Shown in pieces: positions 11,564-23,300 of a DNA stretch of 64,000 nucleotides. Location: contig SMSO01000014.1 in NCBI GenBank assembly GCA_004764695.1, positions 2,103,648 through 2,167,647 on the forward strand, read 5' to 3'. The DNA is from Schizochytrium sp. TIO01 (taxonomy: Eukaryota; Protista; Bigyra: Labyrinthulomycetes). The notes beneath the pieces are model-generated. The model was not told the DNA's origin. It saw only the letters and a list, made by a program, of their open reading frames with translations, and searched no databases. The translations under genes and the position numbers were made by a program. Position 1 is the first letter of the stretch. Each line of letters starts with the position of its first letter.

Positions 11564-12745
11564 TCTTGAAAGATCTACTTAGCCCAGTTCTAACCTAAAT
11601 TCTTTGCTTCGACCAAGCCTCGATCCTACAGAACTCTCGCTTATATGTTTAAAAACAAGAACTTTCAACCAAGGGTTTGATGGTGAGTAATTTCCTCAAC
11701 AAAAGTGGTGCCGTCTTGATTAGATTAGACACAACGAACCGCCGATGCTCCGATGAGGGTAATGGTGATCTGGCACCCGAAGGAGAGAATCGAAGTGCGA
11801 AGCGTTGGGAAGCGACCGCTCCGGCCACGTGGCCGAAGAAGATTTCCCGGTCAACAGCTCCAGGTAAGGCTGCACCAAAGGAACCCAGAGCGGGCGAGCC
11901 TGCTTGGCTCCAATCGGCAGCCGCGAACGATTGTAGTCTGCATGTCACTGTTAGTTGACAAATGAAGATTTCTTTACTTTTCTATCTAAATGGAAATATG
12001 TCATGCTCATCCGTCTTTATTAGAACATTTACTATTATTTGCCTACATTCTGAAGTGCGAATGATAAGTAGCAACGAGAGATGGTGTTGAGATGGTGTTC
12101 TCGCAAGGTACCAGGCCACGTCTACATCATCTGCAGGTAGTTTCTATCGTATGCAGATGTAAGTTAGGTGGATCTTTCAATGAGGCGAATTAAGTGAAAT
12201 CGATACCATGCTATGCTCGTGCTCATGGGTGAGGGAGCAATTTAGAGATTTTCAGGTCGTTGTAGTCTATGAATGCCCTTTGAGATGCTTCCTTAAAAAC
12301 CTGTCACCCTGATCGACAGACGAGCAGAGGCAATGCGAATGCAGCTTGAGTAGCACGAGAAGTTTCAAGATGGCCTCTCGAGATTATGATTAAAAATATC
12401 ATTTCAATGTAGCCCGGGTCTTTCCAAGGAGGAGTCCGACCAGGTCTAGTTTTCGAACCAACGATGACTGCTCCTCAGATGATGACATCTTGTCAGGGAT
12501 TGAAGATTTTATTTACGATTAAAAAAACTTGAGTTTAGCGCGTCTCTTTTTCTTTTTCTTTTTCTTTTTCTTTTTTGGAGTGCGTGGAATAACAAAGCCA
12601 ATCAAATACTAGCATACAATCAACTATCAGTCTACTCAAACTTCTTTGCACAGTTCATACATACCGGAGTCGCTGCCCGTATATTGCTTCTAAAGCTCTT
12701 CGCAAAACTCGAGTGTAGAAGAAAGGGCCTGTCCACTTGAACACA

Positions 12746-13918
12746 ATGGACGTCGAGGGCCTTCGCAAGCAACTTGCTGATGTAGAGAAGCTCCTCGAGA
12801 GCGATCCTTCGAACGAGGCATACAACGAGCTGCGCAAAAACCTTGCAGAGACTATTGCATTTGCTGACGATGATGACGACGACGACGACGACGAAGAAGA
12901 AGAAGAAGAAGAAGAAGAAGAAGAAGAAGACGCAGTGGCAGAGGGAGATGATGGCGAAAATAAAAATGGAGGTGAAGATGGGAAAGAAAAGAACAAGGGC
13001 CAAAGTAAAAGCACCCCAGAGGAAACAAAGCAGGAAACTGAGTCAAGTCTACAAAATGTTGAGAGAAATAACATTCAACCGGCGGATGGTGTTCATGCGA
13101 AAGATTTAGACTCGAAAGTGACGATAAAAAGCGCAGAGCCACAGGCTGACATGACCAGCTCGCAATCATTTTCAGTTCAAGAAAAGAACTCCGGGACAAG
13201 TTATACGCTCCCGGAGAACATGCGACAGAGGCGTGGAGCTGTAAAAAACATTGTATTAGGTACAGTGTGTGAAGCCTTTGACTCTTCTACAGGAGTATGG
13301 AATGGCGCGGTGCTTGAGCAGTATGAGGAATCTGATGGTAAATGTAGAGCACGCTTTCTTTATCAGCCAGAAACCCTTCGCGCAATAGAGCCTGAAGCTA
13401 TTCGACCCTTGAAGCAAAAAGTCAAATTCGATAAACTTGCAGTTCAAATTGGGCAGCCTTGCGAAGCACGTTTCGCTGGAGATGGGAAGATGTACCCAGC
13501 TACAATCATGAGCGTGACTGCACGAGGGTGTGTGGTTCGTTTTAAGCGTTACAATAATGAGGAAGAGGTGGCCTACCCTCATTTGCGTATTCTAACTGCA
13601 GAAGAAGCTGCACAGCCTTTGACAGATCAGCAAGCTATGGCAGCAGCAATGTCGGGTCTTGCTCCTGGGCAAGAAGAAAGTGTAATCAAGTCTAATGACT
13701 CTGCAAACATGCGTCTTAGTCAAGATATTGCTAGTATCCCAGAGCATCTTCGGGTCAAGGAGGGGGACTCAGAGAGAGTGCAGGATCGCAAGCGCAAGAT
13801 GTTGAAGCAGCTTAAAAAACAAACGAAGGCAGCTAAAAAGGATTTGGCTCTTGAAGAAAAGAAGCAAGGGTGGAAGGCCTTCCAAGCAAAGTCTATGAAG
13901 AAAAGTAAGCGACGATAA
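12746..13918 (+). CDS. SMNDC1: SPF30/SMNDC1-like splicing factor with Tudor domains
   Basis: N-terminal QLADVEKLLESDPSNEAYNELRKNLAETI; Tudor IGQPCEARFAGDGKMYPATI...VRFKRYNNEEEV; C-terminal IPEHLRV...KKQGWKAFQ. First ATG is at 12746. Confidence 0.8.
   Translation: MDVEGLRKQLADVEKLLESDPSNEAYNELRKNLAETIAFADDDDDDDDDEEEEEEEEEEEEDAVAEGDDGENKNGGEDGKEKNKGQSKSTPEETKQETESSLQNVERNNIQPADGVHAKDLDSKVTIKSAEPQADMTSSQSFSVQEKNSGTSYTLPENMRQRRGAVKNIVLGTVCEAFDSSTGVWNGAVLEQYEESDGKCRARFLYQPETLRAIEPEAIRPLKQKVKFDKLAVQIGQPCEARFAGDGKMYPATIMSVTARGCVVRFKRYNNEEEVAYPHLRILTAEEAAQPLTDQQAMAAAMSGLAPGQEESVIKSNDSANMRLSQDIASIPEHLRVKEGDSERVQDRKRKMLKQLKKQTKAAKKDLALEEKKQGWKAFQAKSMKKSKRR
12866..12931 (+). repeat. (GAC/GAT)n(GAA)n coding trinucleotide repeat (poly-Asp then poly-Glu)
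   Basis: Directly visible inside the SPF30-like ORF. Confidence 0.95.
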
Positions 13919-14476
13919 ACAAAAATCCCTCATGTTGTTATTTTTCTGTCTGCAGATATTTATAACTTTTGTGAAGGATTTCGAGTTTGTCTCTGGAGAC
14001 CAATTCGAAGAATTGGTACCTGGAAACCGTATTTGGAAACAGGCCTGTGCACAGGGTCTTGGCGTTTTGGTGCTAGCCCCTTTTTTCTTTTATTCTTTTA
14101 TTTTTCTTCTTAATTGACGTTCGCTAGCTAGTTTAGCGTGGTTTGATACTCGAAATCTGTGTAGAAATAAATGCGTTAACCCATAATCAACACGTTCAGA
14201 TCATGGTATTGATTTTTTTTTCACCACTTGCAGCCAAAAGCAAACTATTCACTTGTATAGCATTTTCGAGCTTGACGAGATTCTTGCTGAATGGTATCAC
14301 ACCTTATTTCTAAAATGAGAGAAGCCTTCTATCTTTCTACAATAATTTTTTTCCTTCTAAAATATAGGTTAGCAAGTTCTTTCTACGAAAAGAGGAAAAG
14401 AAAAAAGGGAGATATTTTTCTGTTAATAATAGGCCTAGGCTACTTATGCTAGGTGAAAAAGAAAGAAAAAACGGGC

Positions 14477-14482
14477 AAAAAA
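14477..14482 (-). terminator. Pol III oligo-T terminator of the tRNA-Pro gene
   Basis: T6 on the minus strand 6 nt after the tRNA 3' end. Confidence 0.7.
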
Positions 14483-14488
14483 GAAGTT

Positions 14489-14560
14489 GGGGCGAGTTGG
14501 GGATTGAACCCAAGACCCCCTCTACCCAAAAGAGGGATGCTGCCACTACACCACACGCCC
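14489..14560 (-). tRNA. tRNA-Pro (anticodon UGG), no intron
   Basis: Reverse complement GGGCGTGTGGTGTAGTGGCAGCATCCCTCTTTTGGGTAGAGGGGGTCTTGGGTTCAATCCCCAACTCGCCCC folds as a 72-nt cloverleaf. Anticodon stem CCTCT/AGAGG, loop TTTGGGT, T-arm TTGGG-TTCAATC-CCCAA, A and B boxes intact. Confidence 0.93.
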
Positions 14561-14731
14561 TTGAAAGCTCTCAGGCTTTCTCGTTGGTGAACCACATCTC
14601 TCTACACAGTTTAATGAATATCTCTGATTATGGCATAAGAGACCGTGTTGAGAATTACACGATCATGTTGGGCTACGCTTTTGCAACTCTAAGGGCTCAA
14701 CATTGAACATCTTGATGTTTCATGCACTGTC

Positions 14732-15661
14732 CTAACTCTGCTCTTCTTTATCAATGCGCTGGAAAAGCGCATTGAGAAATACACGATCAATGTTTTGGCC
14801 AGTTTTACGATTGATGTTCCTCACTGTGACATATTTACACTCCTGCACTGCCATACATACTTCAGTCTCGAGAGATTTGAGCAATGACTGAAAGTACTCG
14901 ATTGAGAAAAAAAAACATTGCACGCCGTCCTGCTTGATATACCAATTTTCACCTAGGCGAGTTTTGCATCTAGTCTGTACCATATCAAAGAGGCCATAAT
15001 CACGGAAACAAAGGTGTCCGCCCAGTCGAAGGGATACACATAGTTTTCTTAAAACTTCTGCATGATGACAAGGTGAGATTGCCGATAGTGTAAAGATCAT
15101 AAGTCCAAAGTCTAGCGATGCTAACTTCATAGGAAGGGGATCCTGAACGATATCGCAGACACTAGCTTCAACACGAGAGGCCAATTCCTTAGAATTTGCC
15201 AACAGTTTGAGGGAGTCGATTGCAGAAGGCGAAACATCTACTACTTGAACCGACAGTTGTGGAATTTCTTTCAAGAGAGGTAGAACTGCAGCACCAGTGC
15301 CGCAGCCTAGTTCACCAAGAACTCGCGGCTGTGCTTCTGAAAGATCAACCAAGGCAGGAAAGGCCTTTGCTAAATACGAGCGCTCTTTGAAGAACCCATT
15401 TGCATGTGCTGCATAGAAAGCCTCCCAGCTCTGTGCCAAGTTGTCTTCTTTTGTACGTTGAGCTACTTCCTCACTGTCAAGCATTGGCGGAGCCTCATCA
15501 CCGAGACACTTATTTCTGCGCTTTGCAGCAACATCCTCCCAGGCAAAGTCTGCATCATAATAAGCAGTGGCACTACCCCGCTTCTTTGTCTCCGAGATCT
15601 TCTTTTCGACATCAGAATCCGCACTAGTTTTCTCAGCTTCAACTCCCATCTTGGGGTCCAT
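14732..15661 (-). CDS. METTL2/METTL6 (Trm140)-like tRNA m3C methyltransferase
   Basis: WEAFY..H.NGFFKERSYL..AFP, ELGCGTGAAVLPLL, IFTLSAISP, LCFRDYGLFDM, ENWYIKQDG..FFFS. First ATG is at 15661 (the track start is GTG). Confidence 0.88.
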   Translation of the reverse strand: MDPKMGVEAEKTSADSDVEKKISETKKRGSATAYYDADFAWEDVAAKRRNKCLGDEAPPMLDSEEVAQRTKEDNLAQSWEAFYAAHANGFFKERSYLAKAFPALVDLSEAQPRVLGELGCGTGAAVLPLLKEIPQLSVQVVDVSPSAIDSLKLLANSKELASRVEASVCDIVQDPLPMKLASLDFGLMIFTLSAISPCHHAEVLRKLCVSLRLGGHLCFRDYGLFDMVQTRCKTRLGENWYIKQDGVQCFFFSIEYFQSLLKSLETEVCMAVQECKYVTVRNINRKTGQNIDRVFLNALFQRIDKEEQS

Positions 15662-17474
15662 CGTTGTTAGTTGTGTGCTGCCAAAGGCACGTACGGCAAG
15701 ATATCTGACCCTGCTGACGCTGATAACCAATGCCACAAACTAGCACTCGATCAAAACAAGCAGAACTACTACTACTACAAAAGAACGGCTGAAGAACAGC
15801 TCTAGAGATAAGAACATCATAGAACAGAACACTCCCTTCAAGTGAACTCCTGGAACTATTAGATCATCTGGACAATTTAACGGATCTAGATAGGAGATAG
15901 TAGCACTTGGCGTGCAACTTTTATGTAAATAAAATTATTTTGTTTCTACGACGAGAGCCCTCGCTGGAGCATACAGATAGATAAACATAGAAACATAGAC
16001 ACAAAAGGCTAGATATTCACGAGGCCTTCTTGCTTCAGGCCCTCATTAGGTGAGTTCTGTATACGATTGTTCGCCAGAGTATTGCATTGTCGAAGTTGCG
16101 AGGAATGTAGTGGGTTAAGGCGGACTATTTAAGATTGTGCATTATGTTATCCTTTGGGGCCAAAAACAACACGCTTAGAGTCTTCCGCACCACGTAAGCA
16201 CTGGAAAAGGGGTGAATTGAATGATCTTCCCCAGCACATATGTCAAGGGACGTTGTAGAATGCCTTGTGAGTGTCTCTCGGGCTGCTGGAGGTGTATTGC
16301 ATATATTAGTTTATGTTTATTCTCAGAGACCTCCCCAGCATTATTAAACTCATTAATAGATGATCAAAGAAAATGATGGCCATATCACTGAAGAGGTGGA
16401 TAAATCTGAACGGGAGTAAATTCGAGTTTGTTAGCGAGGTTCAAAATATGTTGCTATCTGCGTGAGCACGTATACCTTGGATGGCAATTTTCTATCAGGG
16501 TGTTCTTGTGAATAGCGCATGTGTTTGCAACATAATATCTTCAGGATGTATTTGCAATAATCTCCATCAGATAGCCAACGTAGCTCTCCTCTATGGCATG
16601 CCGTATTCCCTCGCTCGTTTAACTTCCTTTAGTTTTGAACCCAAGATAATGCCCCCCTTCCCCGAGCGCGCGCGATTAAGTGAGTATTTCAGAAGCTGGG
16701 CCGTTTATCGCTGGAGTGATGGGGAAGCGGATGGAGCCCTAGTGGTCTTGTTTTAAGGCCGGGAAGGGATCTGTACCATTGACAGAGAAAAGCCAACATT
16801 GTATAATAAAAAAAATCCCCTGCAGCAGGTGCTGGGGAAAGCAATGGGGCAAGTAAAGTCTCTGCGCAACAAGCTTTCACGAACAACATTATGAGTTTGC
16901 AGCCATAATGTTGGTCTCATAGTTCTCACGCAATGCTGTAACATGAAATACATAGGCTATGTTTTACACTCTAAAGATGCGCAGCCTACTTTATTTGCGT
17001 TCGTGAAGAGACGAAAGTCACGTTGCTTGACGATGGGACTCTTTTTTTTCCCTTTAAAAATAAAACATGGCAGGGTAGAGAGCCCAAAGAATGGGACGAA
17101 AAGTGAAGAATATATGGGAGTAAACTCGGTCCGCTCTATATGAAAGTCCTAGAGAGAATTACATCATGGTCATCTTGCTGGAAGCTACTCTGCTTCCAAT
17201 AAAGATAATGATGAACGCTGATAATGGCATCCCCTACTAAAGTAGGATGAAGAAAATCATCTTGTAAGACGAACATTTTACTAACTATACGGTTACTGAC
17301 TAACTAAACTATTGACAAACCTGGCTAGTTGATTGATTGACTAGGTGCCCGGAAATCCATAGACGAAACCCAACGAGCTTAGCAAACCCTTTCTCAATTT
17401 CCTCAAGCATCGTTGCAGTCAACGAACCTGCAGCTCAAGCAAGGTCATATCGCAGTACACTACATTTAAAGACG

Positions 17475-17939
17475 ATGACCCGATCAAAGCCGTCGAAGAA
17501 GGATCTTGCTAAGCATGAGCAGGTGATTGCTTCAGTGGCCCAGCTTCTTGTGTCCAAGTCATTTCGTGAGGGTGTTTTTCAATTCATGGAGGACAACGCT
17601 GACGCATTTGCAACAGCGTCTGCTGAGGAGGCAAAGGCAAAGATTGGCGATTTCGAGCATCCTCTGGAATACAAGACGATTCATGAAAAGTTTTCCTCAA
17701 AGTTTGAGGCGCAAATTGAGGCTCATTTGAAGAAGCTTGGATCTAGCCGCCAGGAGATGTTTGAGTTTCTTCGTCAGCAGGAAGAAGCGAAAGTTGCCGA
17801 TGTTGGCGCTAGTGCTTTGGTGCAAACTCTTCTGACCGTGTTCGAGTATGAAACATTTGTTGAGATCATGCGTGATGCTGAACGTCGCAAATACCTTGAG
17901 CACATTACCCGTTCATGGGCTGCTACAATTCAGGCCTGA
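17475..17939 (+). CDS. BART/ARL2-binding domain protein (ARL2BP/CFAP36-like)
   Basis: F.EGVFQFMEDNADAF...EHPLEYKTIHEKF...FEAQIEAHL..LG.S...LVQTLLTVFEYETFVEIM. First ATG is at 17475. Confidence 0.8.
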   Translation: MTRSKPSKKDLAKHEQVIASVAQLLVSKSFREGVFQFMEDNADAFATASAEEAKAKIGDFEHPLEYKTIHEKFSSKFEAQIEAHLKKLGSSRQEMFEFLRQQEEAKVADVGASALVQTLLTVFEYETFVEIMRDAERRKYLEHITRSWAATIQA

Positions 17940-18366
17940 ACCTTGAAGGTGAAACTGATGAGCAAGCTCTCGAGCCATGAAAATTGAGCAAAATGTGTCT
18001 CCCTCAAGATTGATGACAACAAAAGTTAAAAAAGAAAGGAAAACAAAAATGCATCTTCTCCATGCAGATAACACTTCGGGAGGTGCTTCATACTTATCGG
18101 TCACAGGTCCAGGCACGCCTATCACGGGAAAATGCAGTGTGATAGCGACTTTGCATACTAGAATAAAAAGTAAGACAAGTTTTTGAAATCTGAGAAAAGA
18201 ACTACGTAACATTTGTTTTTCACATCAAAGTCAATAAATAGGAAACAAACAACAAAAACAACAAAAACAACAGAAGAAGAATAGCAAACATCCTCTGGTA
18301 CTCTGACTTCCTGTATTTACTCAAGAGAGATCTAAACCATCTTAACCGTGATGTAAAGAATAGAGA

Positions 18367-20361
18367 TCAGTCTTGAATTTGGTCACGCAACAGGGTCTGA
18401 TCGTTCCGGCTAACGGTGCGCTGCTCAGCTTGAGCATTCTTTCGATCTCTCTTACGGGATGCGATGCTTTGCATTTTCCGAGCAAGGGATCGACGAGTGC
18501 GCGACTTTTCTTCAGGATCGTATGGTCCAATTATATCTAGAACCTCCTCGAATTCCCAAGAATCGTGGAATCGTGAAAAGTTGTCGCCTTCCATCAAACG
18601 ATACACAGCGTCCTTTGCAGGAGCGAACATGTCATAAGCATACTCTTCAGATTCAAAAAGTTTTGCAAGGTCTTTGCGTATGTAGTCATCGATGTTTACA
18701 CAGAGAGGGGCGCTGTCATCAACAAATTTGAAGTAAATCTCACGTGCTGTAGACACAAGCTGTCGAAAGCGAGCTTCAATGACCTTGTCGATATCATACC
18801 CAAGGGACTCCAAGACCTCCTTACGAATCCGATGTGTACCATGAGTCTCCAGCTCTTCCACGGCAAAGAAGAATTGCACATTCTCCTGTGCCACCTCTTT
18901 TTCACAATGCCGCATAAAAGCTTCTCGGCTAATTCTTTGGTATAGAATATCCCTGAGGTTACTTTGTGGGCCTAATACACGCAAGCGAAGCTCAGCATAG
19001 ACAGAAGGTTCATCAACAAAAACGCGGCTAAAATCATCTTCACTCACTGCAAGACAAACTACACCTTTGGATCCTGCGCGCACGGTTGCTGAGTGAGGTC
19101 GATTGGTGACCAATGACAGCTCCCCGAAGTATTCCCCAGTCTGCAACGTTCGAATGAATTCTTCAGACTCACCTTTGAAAACATCGGCAGAACCTTCTGC
19201 TATAAGGTAGAAGGTTTTGTGGTGATCCGAGCCCTCAACCATGATATCTGCATTTGGAGAAAAGGTGATAGGCACAGCCATTGTCGCGAGCATCTCGATT
19301 TTAGTTGGGGAGAGGAATCGTGTAAACTTGGAAGATTCTGGGTTTATCGTAAGAAGCGTACGGGTTCGCATCGCGTCGATTATTTCCTGCTGTAAATCAG
19401 GAGCAGTGCTTCCGAGACGATCAAATGCAGCGCGATCCAATGTAAGCAAGGTAACTTCCGTTAGAGTCGATACTGTCATCGGCCGAGTAGGCGATTTCTT
19501 TTTGCTAATTAGAGCACATTCGCCGAACGCCGCACCACGCTGCATGGTTTTAAGCTCGGTCACACTAAAAGCAGTAGGGTCTTCATCATTGCTCATTGTT
19601 GCCACAACTTTGCCTTCAGCAAGAACATACCAGATGAGTGCCCTTTCGCCAAGGGTATAGAGTCTTTGGTGAGGTCCAACACGAGTGACATTGAACAGGT
19701 TCGCAGCCTTGCTAAGACGCTCATTTGAAATGCGTTTGGACAGAATGTCGACAGTGCTAAGAACCTTGCTCACCCATTTGTTACCTTCCTCCGCCATGTG
19801 TCTCTTCACGCCAGACAAGTAGGGAGGAATGCGCGCTCCAGTGATGAGATGCTTGGGAATGCGAATGACAAAGGTCTTTCTGTCTGTCTTGAAATTAGCA
19901 AGATAACTGAGGTTGTAACGCACCTCGATTGCGCCAACGATGTCGTTTGCAGCAAAGATTTTAGTCACTTCACCTTCAGCGTATCGGGAAACAGCGCCAG
20001 TGATAATGATCGCCATTTCTTCAGCTACTGCGCCACGAGGATAAAGAAGGTGGTTCGCTGGGAGAATGTCCACGGTGAGATAATTCTCAAGGTACTTGAA
20101 GGAGTAGCTGAGCTTGCGGTTGCTTTTCCCCCCAGCAAATAGAGGACTCTTTAAGAAGAAGGATTGTAAAAGATCACCCGTGTCATCTTCTCCTCGCTGT
20201 GAACCAGTCGTGGATAATGCCTCCTCGGAGTAAGTGGAGATCGCGTGCGAACTGACCTTTCGCAGAATCTTTGTAGGGTCATCATCATGTGTTGATTGGC
20301 CTTCTTTGAAACTTGTAGCCACTGTAGGCGCCAACTCCGGTGATGATTGTGTGCAGCCCAT
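18367..20361 (-). CDS. Lipid-anchored protein with three cyclic-nucleotide-binding domains and a C-terminal RGS domain
   Basis: Starts MGCTQS (myristoylation/palmitoylation type). cNMP cassettes FGECALI...RPMTV and FGELSLVTNRPHSATV plus a degenerate first repeat. RGS box AFMRHCEKEVAQENVQFF...AREIYFKFVDDSAPLCVNID...VYRLMEGDNFSRF. Confidence 0.87.
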   Translation of the reverse strand: MGCTQSSPELAPTVATSFKEGQSTHDDDPTKILRKVSSHAISTYSEEALSTTGSQRGEDDTGDLLQSFFLKSPLFAGGKSNRKLSYSFKYLENYLTVDILPANHLLYPRGAVAEEMAIIITGAVSRYAEGEVTKIFAANDIVGAIEVRYNLSYLANFKTDRKTFVIRIPKHLITGARIPPYLSGVKRHMAEEGNKWVSKVLSTVDILSKRISNERLSKAANLFNVTRVGPHQRLYTLGERALIWYVLAEGKVVATMSNDEDPTAFSVTELKTMQRGAAFGECALISKKKSPTRPMTVSTLTEVTLLTLDRAAFDRLGSTAPDLQQEIIDAMRTRTLLTINPESSKFTRFLSPTKIEMLATMAVPITFSPNADIMVEGSDHHKTFYLIAEGSADVFKGESEEFIRTLQTGEYFGELSLVTNRPHSATVRAGSKGVVCLAVSEDDFSRVFVDEPSVYAELRLRVLGPQSNLRDILYQRISREAFMRHCEKEVAQENVQFFFAVEELETHGTHRIRKEVLESLGYDIDKVIEARFRQLVSTAREIYFKFVDDSAPLCVNIDDYIRKDLAKLFESEEYAYDMFAPAKDAVYRLMEGDNFSRFHDSWEFEEVLDIIGPYDPEEKSRTRRSLARKMQSIASRKRDRKNAQAEQRTVSRNDQTLLRDQIQD

Positions 20362-23300
20362 TTTTGCCGTTCGTATGAGACTCAATCTCACTACGACAAC
20401 CACCTCGAAAACAACCAATGAGACGACCAATAGGTTTTATCAGCAACCTAACTTGATGTCCGGGCCGGCATGAGTTTGGGGTTTGCATTTATGGTGTACG
20501 TGTATATTACAACCAGATCCTGGTAGACTGTTACTATTACGTCGCGCCCGACTTTAAACAAGCTGATGACTTTCAAAGAAAATGTAAACAAAAATCGCTA
20601 CAGGACTCTAGAAAGAGCACCTTATGCGGCCGGTTTCTTGCTCTTAATAGGCAGTTACCCGACGTTGCACGCGCGATGGTGACCATAGTGTCACTACTGG
20701 TTCTTGGGTGTCAACATGACTAAAAGCGTGGTAGCTGGGCTATAGACTTACACTTTGCACTTTACAGCGACATTTATTTACAAATAGTCTTCATAAAATT
20801 TTCGCTGAGCGTACTCTTCTCTGCCCTTATTTCCCTCAGGTTCGGTAGCCCGTTTCTAGGTGATAAACATTCGGCGGCCCATGCTTCCTTTTTGACTGGT
20901 GGACAACCTGAGTAAAGTAGGTAGTTAGTTCCCATGCATCAGCATTTGCAACGTTGAACCTCAAAATGGACTCGGCACTTGCACTTTTCACCACCAAATA
21001 ATCTCCATTTCTGTGGTTTAAAGTAGCCTATAGAGTACTTGTCTAAGTTATAGGGGATGACAGGCAGTTTTTAAAGAAACCAAGTCTCTTGCGTAATAGC
21101 TCTCCTCTTCGGTTCCTCGCATAAACCGTCTGCTCTTCAGCGTCCCCAGTGCCTTGCTTGTAACGTCGAATGGTATCCTCGATAGTCCTTCAGCCGCGAC
21201 AGTTTCTTAAGCCAGAGCTCTTTCTAGAGCTGATCTCCATTTCACCGTAGTAGTTCTAGTGTTTACTACTTCTTGGCATTTTTCTTTTTCTAGCTAGAGG
21301 AAACATTAAAAAAAAATTAAAAAAATTAAAAAATAATAGTAATAAAGCAGCTCCGGTGAAGGACGGCTGAGAGCAAGGAAAGTTTAGAATAAGCATGTGC
21401 CTGGACACCTACTACCTAGCCGAAAGAAAGCTCGAATGCGAGTGCCCACCCTTCAAGATGATGATATACTGTAGGCTTCTGTTAGTCAGAGGGCCTTTTT
21501 AGTTTGATTGAAGGTAAAAGAAAGACGCACCATTTGTGCTTTCGTACCTTTTTTATACCTAAAAATTACCAACAAACAAAAAGAGCGCTTGGTGTGCTGA
21601 GAAAGAGGTGAAACTTCACGTTCTTGGACGCCCATGCGTGTGTGTGTCGACTTCTATAGACGCACGCAGGGGCCCCAGTTGTCGCAAGCAAGTCTCCCAA
21701 ATCTTGAGAGAACTTTATCCGAAGACTTGCTCAGTGCGACGGCCGCGTAAGCGCTCTTGCCGTTTCGTTCATCGTTCAAGTTAAATTTATTTCCATCACT
21801 TGCTTGTGCTCTGTGGCGGCCCACCGGTGGCATTGGCGCTTCCCAGCCCAGATGCTCAATTGGTTTGCGCGTCGTGTGGCCCCAGAATTCTTGTCACGCT
21901 CAGGCAGCGGCACGTGTATCGAGCTGGTCAGATCCACAGGCCTAATGTATAATCGTGCATGCTCTCGTGCGCTTCTGAAAGGGTTTTCTCCTTTAAAATT
22001 TAAAAGGCTTATTTGTGTTACTTGTTTTACCTTTTTTATTACTTAATTTTTTTTATTTATTTTTTTAAAATATATATACCATTTTAATAGTACTACGTAG
22101 AGGCCAAACATGGATTAGAGCAGCACACATAGAAAGAAACCCAAACCTAGTTGTGAAACAAATCCAATGCATACCAGCGGTAGGCATGGTTTACGAGCAT
22201 GCGACGCTAACAGTGCACCTTAGCTTTTGATAAGCCAGTGGCTCGCACTTTTATAAAAGCTAGCACCTCGAACTTCTGCGTGGCCGTGTCAACATGGTAA
22301 GGTCCCCGGTGTGAAGTCTCGGGCAATATACTGAGCAGGCTGCTCACTTGAAATGAATGTTGCTCTCCGAGTCTCCAAATATTTGGAGAACTATTCTCCG
22401 AACAGAATCTGCTGGGTCTTCAACAATGAGTATTCTCAAATCTGTGAGTTCGTCGTGCAACTTGAAGAGTTAATTTCAAGTTGATTGATCAAGATAAGGT
22501 TCAGCTTCATCCTGCTTTAGGGCCAAAACCTTTGCACAGGGTGCAAAGTCGAGGATACATACTTCTCGGAGAGATTTCCTTCTTTAGGCGAGAAACCATA
22601 TCTCGATTTCTCATGTTTATCAAAGCCGTTGTTGTTGTTGTTGTTGTCATTCGTGATGAGCAACATTGTGCGTCGTCTAACATAGATTAAATTTATTTTT
22701 TGACATCAAATTGACGAACCACGAGAGAGGACAACCAAACAAGTATTCTTTTTCAAAAACACTCAAAATGCCTCATATGTATTGTATAGTCGATGGTCTT
22801 CAGGGTTTGAAGAAAAGTGCTACCATTGTATCTAATGTTATTATTACTCTTGATAAAGCTTCATCAGCGAACAAAGCGAGTATATCGCAGTTGCAGCCAG
22901 ATCTGCATGATAGTTATAATATCCTAGGCGATACTAAATTTTGTAAAATACAAAAAAAATGTATAGGCAATATGGATGATGTTTTCTACATACGTACTGT
23001 AAAATTAGAAAGGCTTCTCTTGGTTTTCTATTGATTGCAAGCGTCTGTCGTTTTGTCTTTCTTCTCTACTAGTGACTAGTGCTGGAAAACTTCAGGAATT
23101 TCATATGGCGATACCAACAGCAAGTCACATCATTTTTGGATCAAAGAGAGTCTGTATTTATATGAATGGTCCAACTTAATTTTAGTGTTCACTTTCTTGA
23201 CCAGGGATGCAACCTTTTCATATCACGGAAATTGTGAGCATTATGATCAACAACACCTCTTTTGGTTTAGCTGGAGCCCTGAACCATTCCATACCTGGAT

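Noticed and set aside
14489-15661. Enzyme-substrate linkage between the METTL2/6-like gene and the adjacent tRNA
   Set aside because: This family makes m3C32 on tRNA-Thr/Ser/Arg; this tRNA-Pro has U at position 32, so adjacency is probably incidental.
16360-16560. Possible SWIM zinc-finger remnant (CSC..C..H) on the plus strand
   Set aside because: Motif spacing is imperfect, it is interrupted by stops and it is too short to distinguish from chance.
22370-22450. Response-regulator receiver-like LRILIVED peptide
   Set aside because: Only the first strand motif matches; the phospho-acceptor Asp and Lys motifs are not found.
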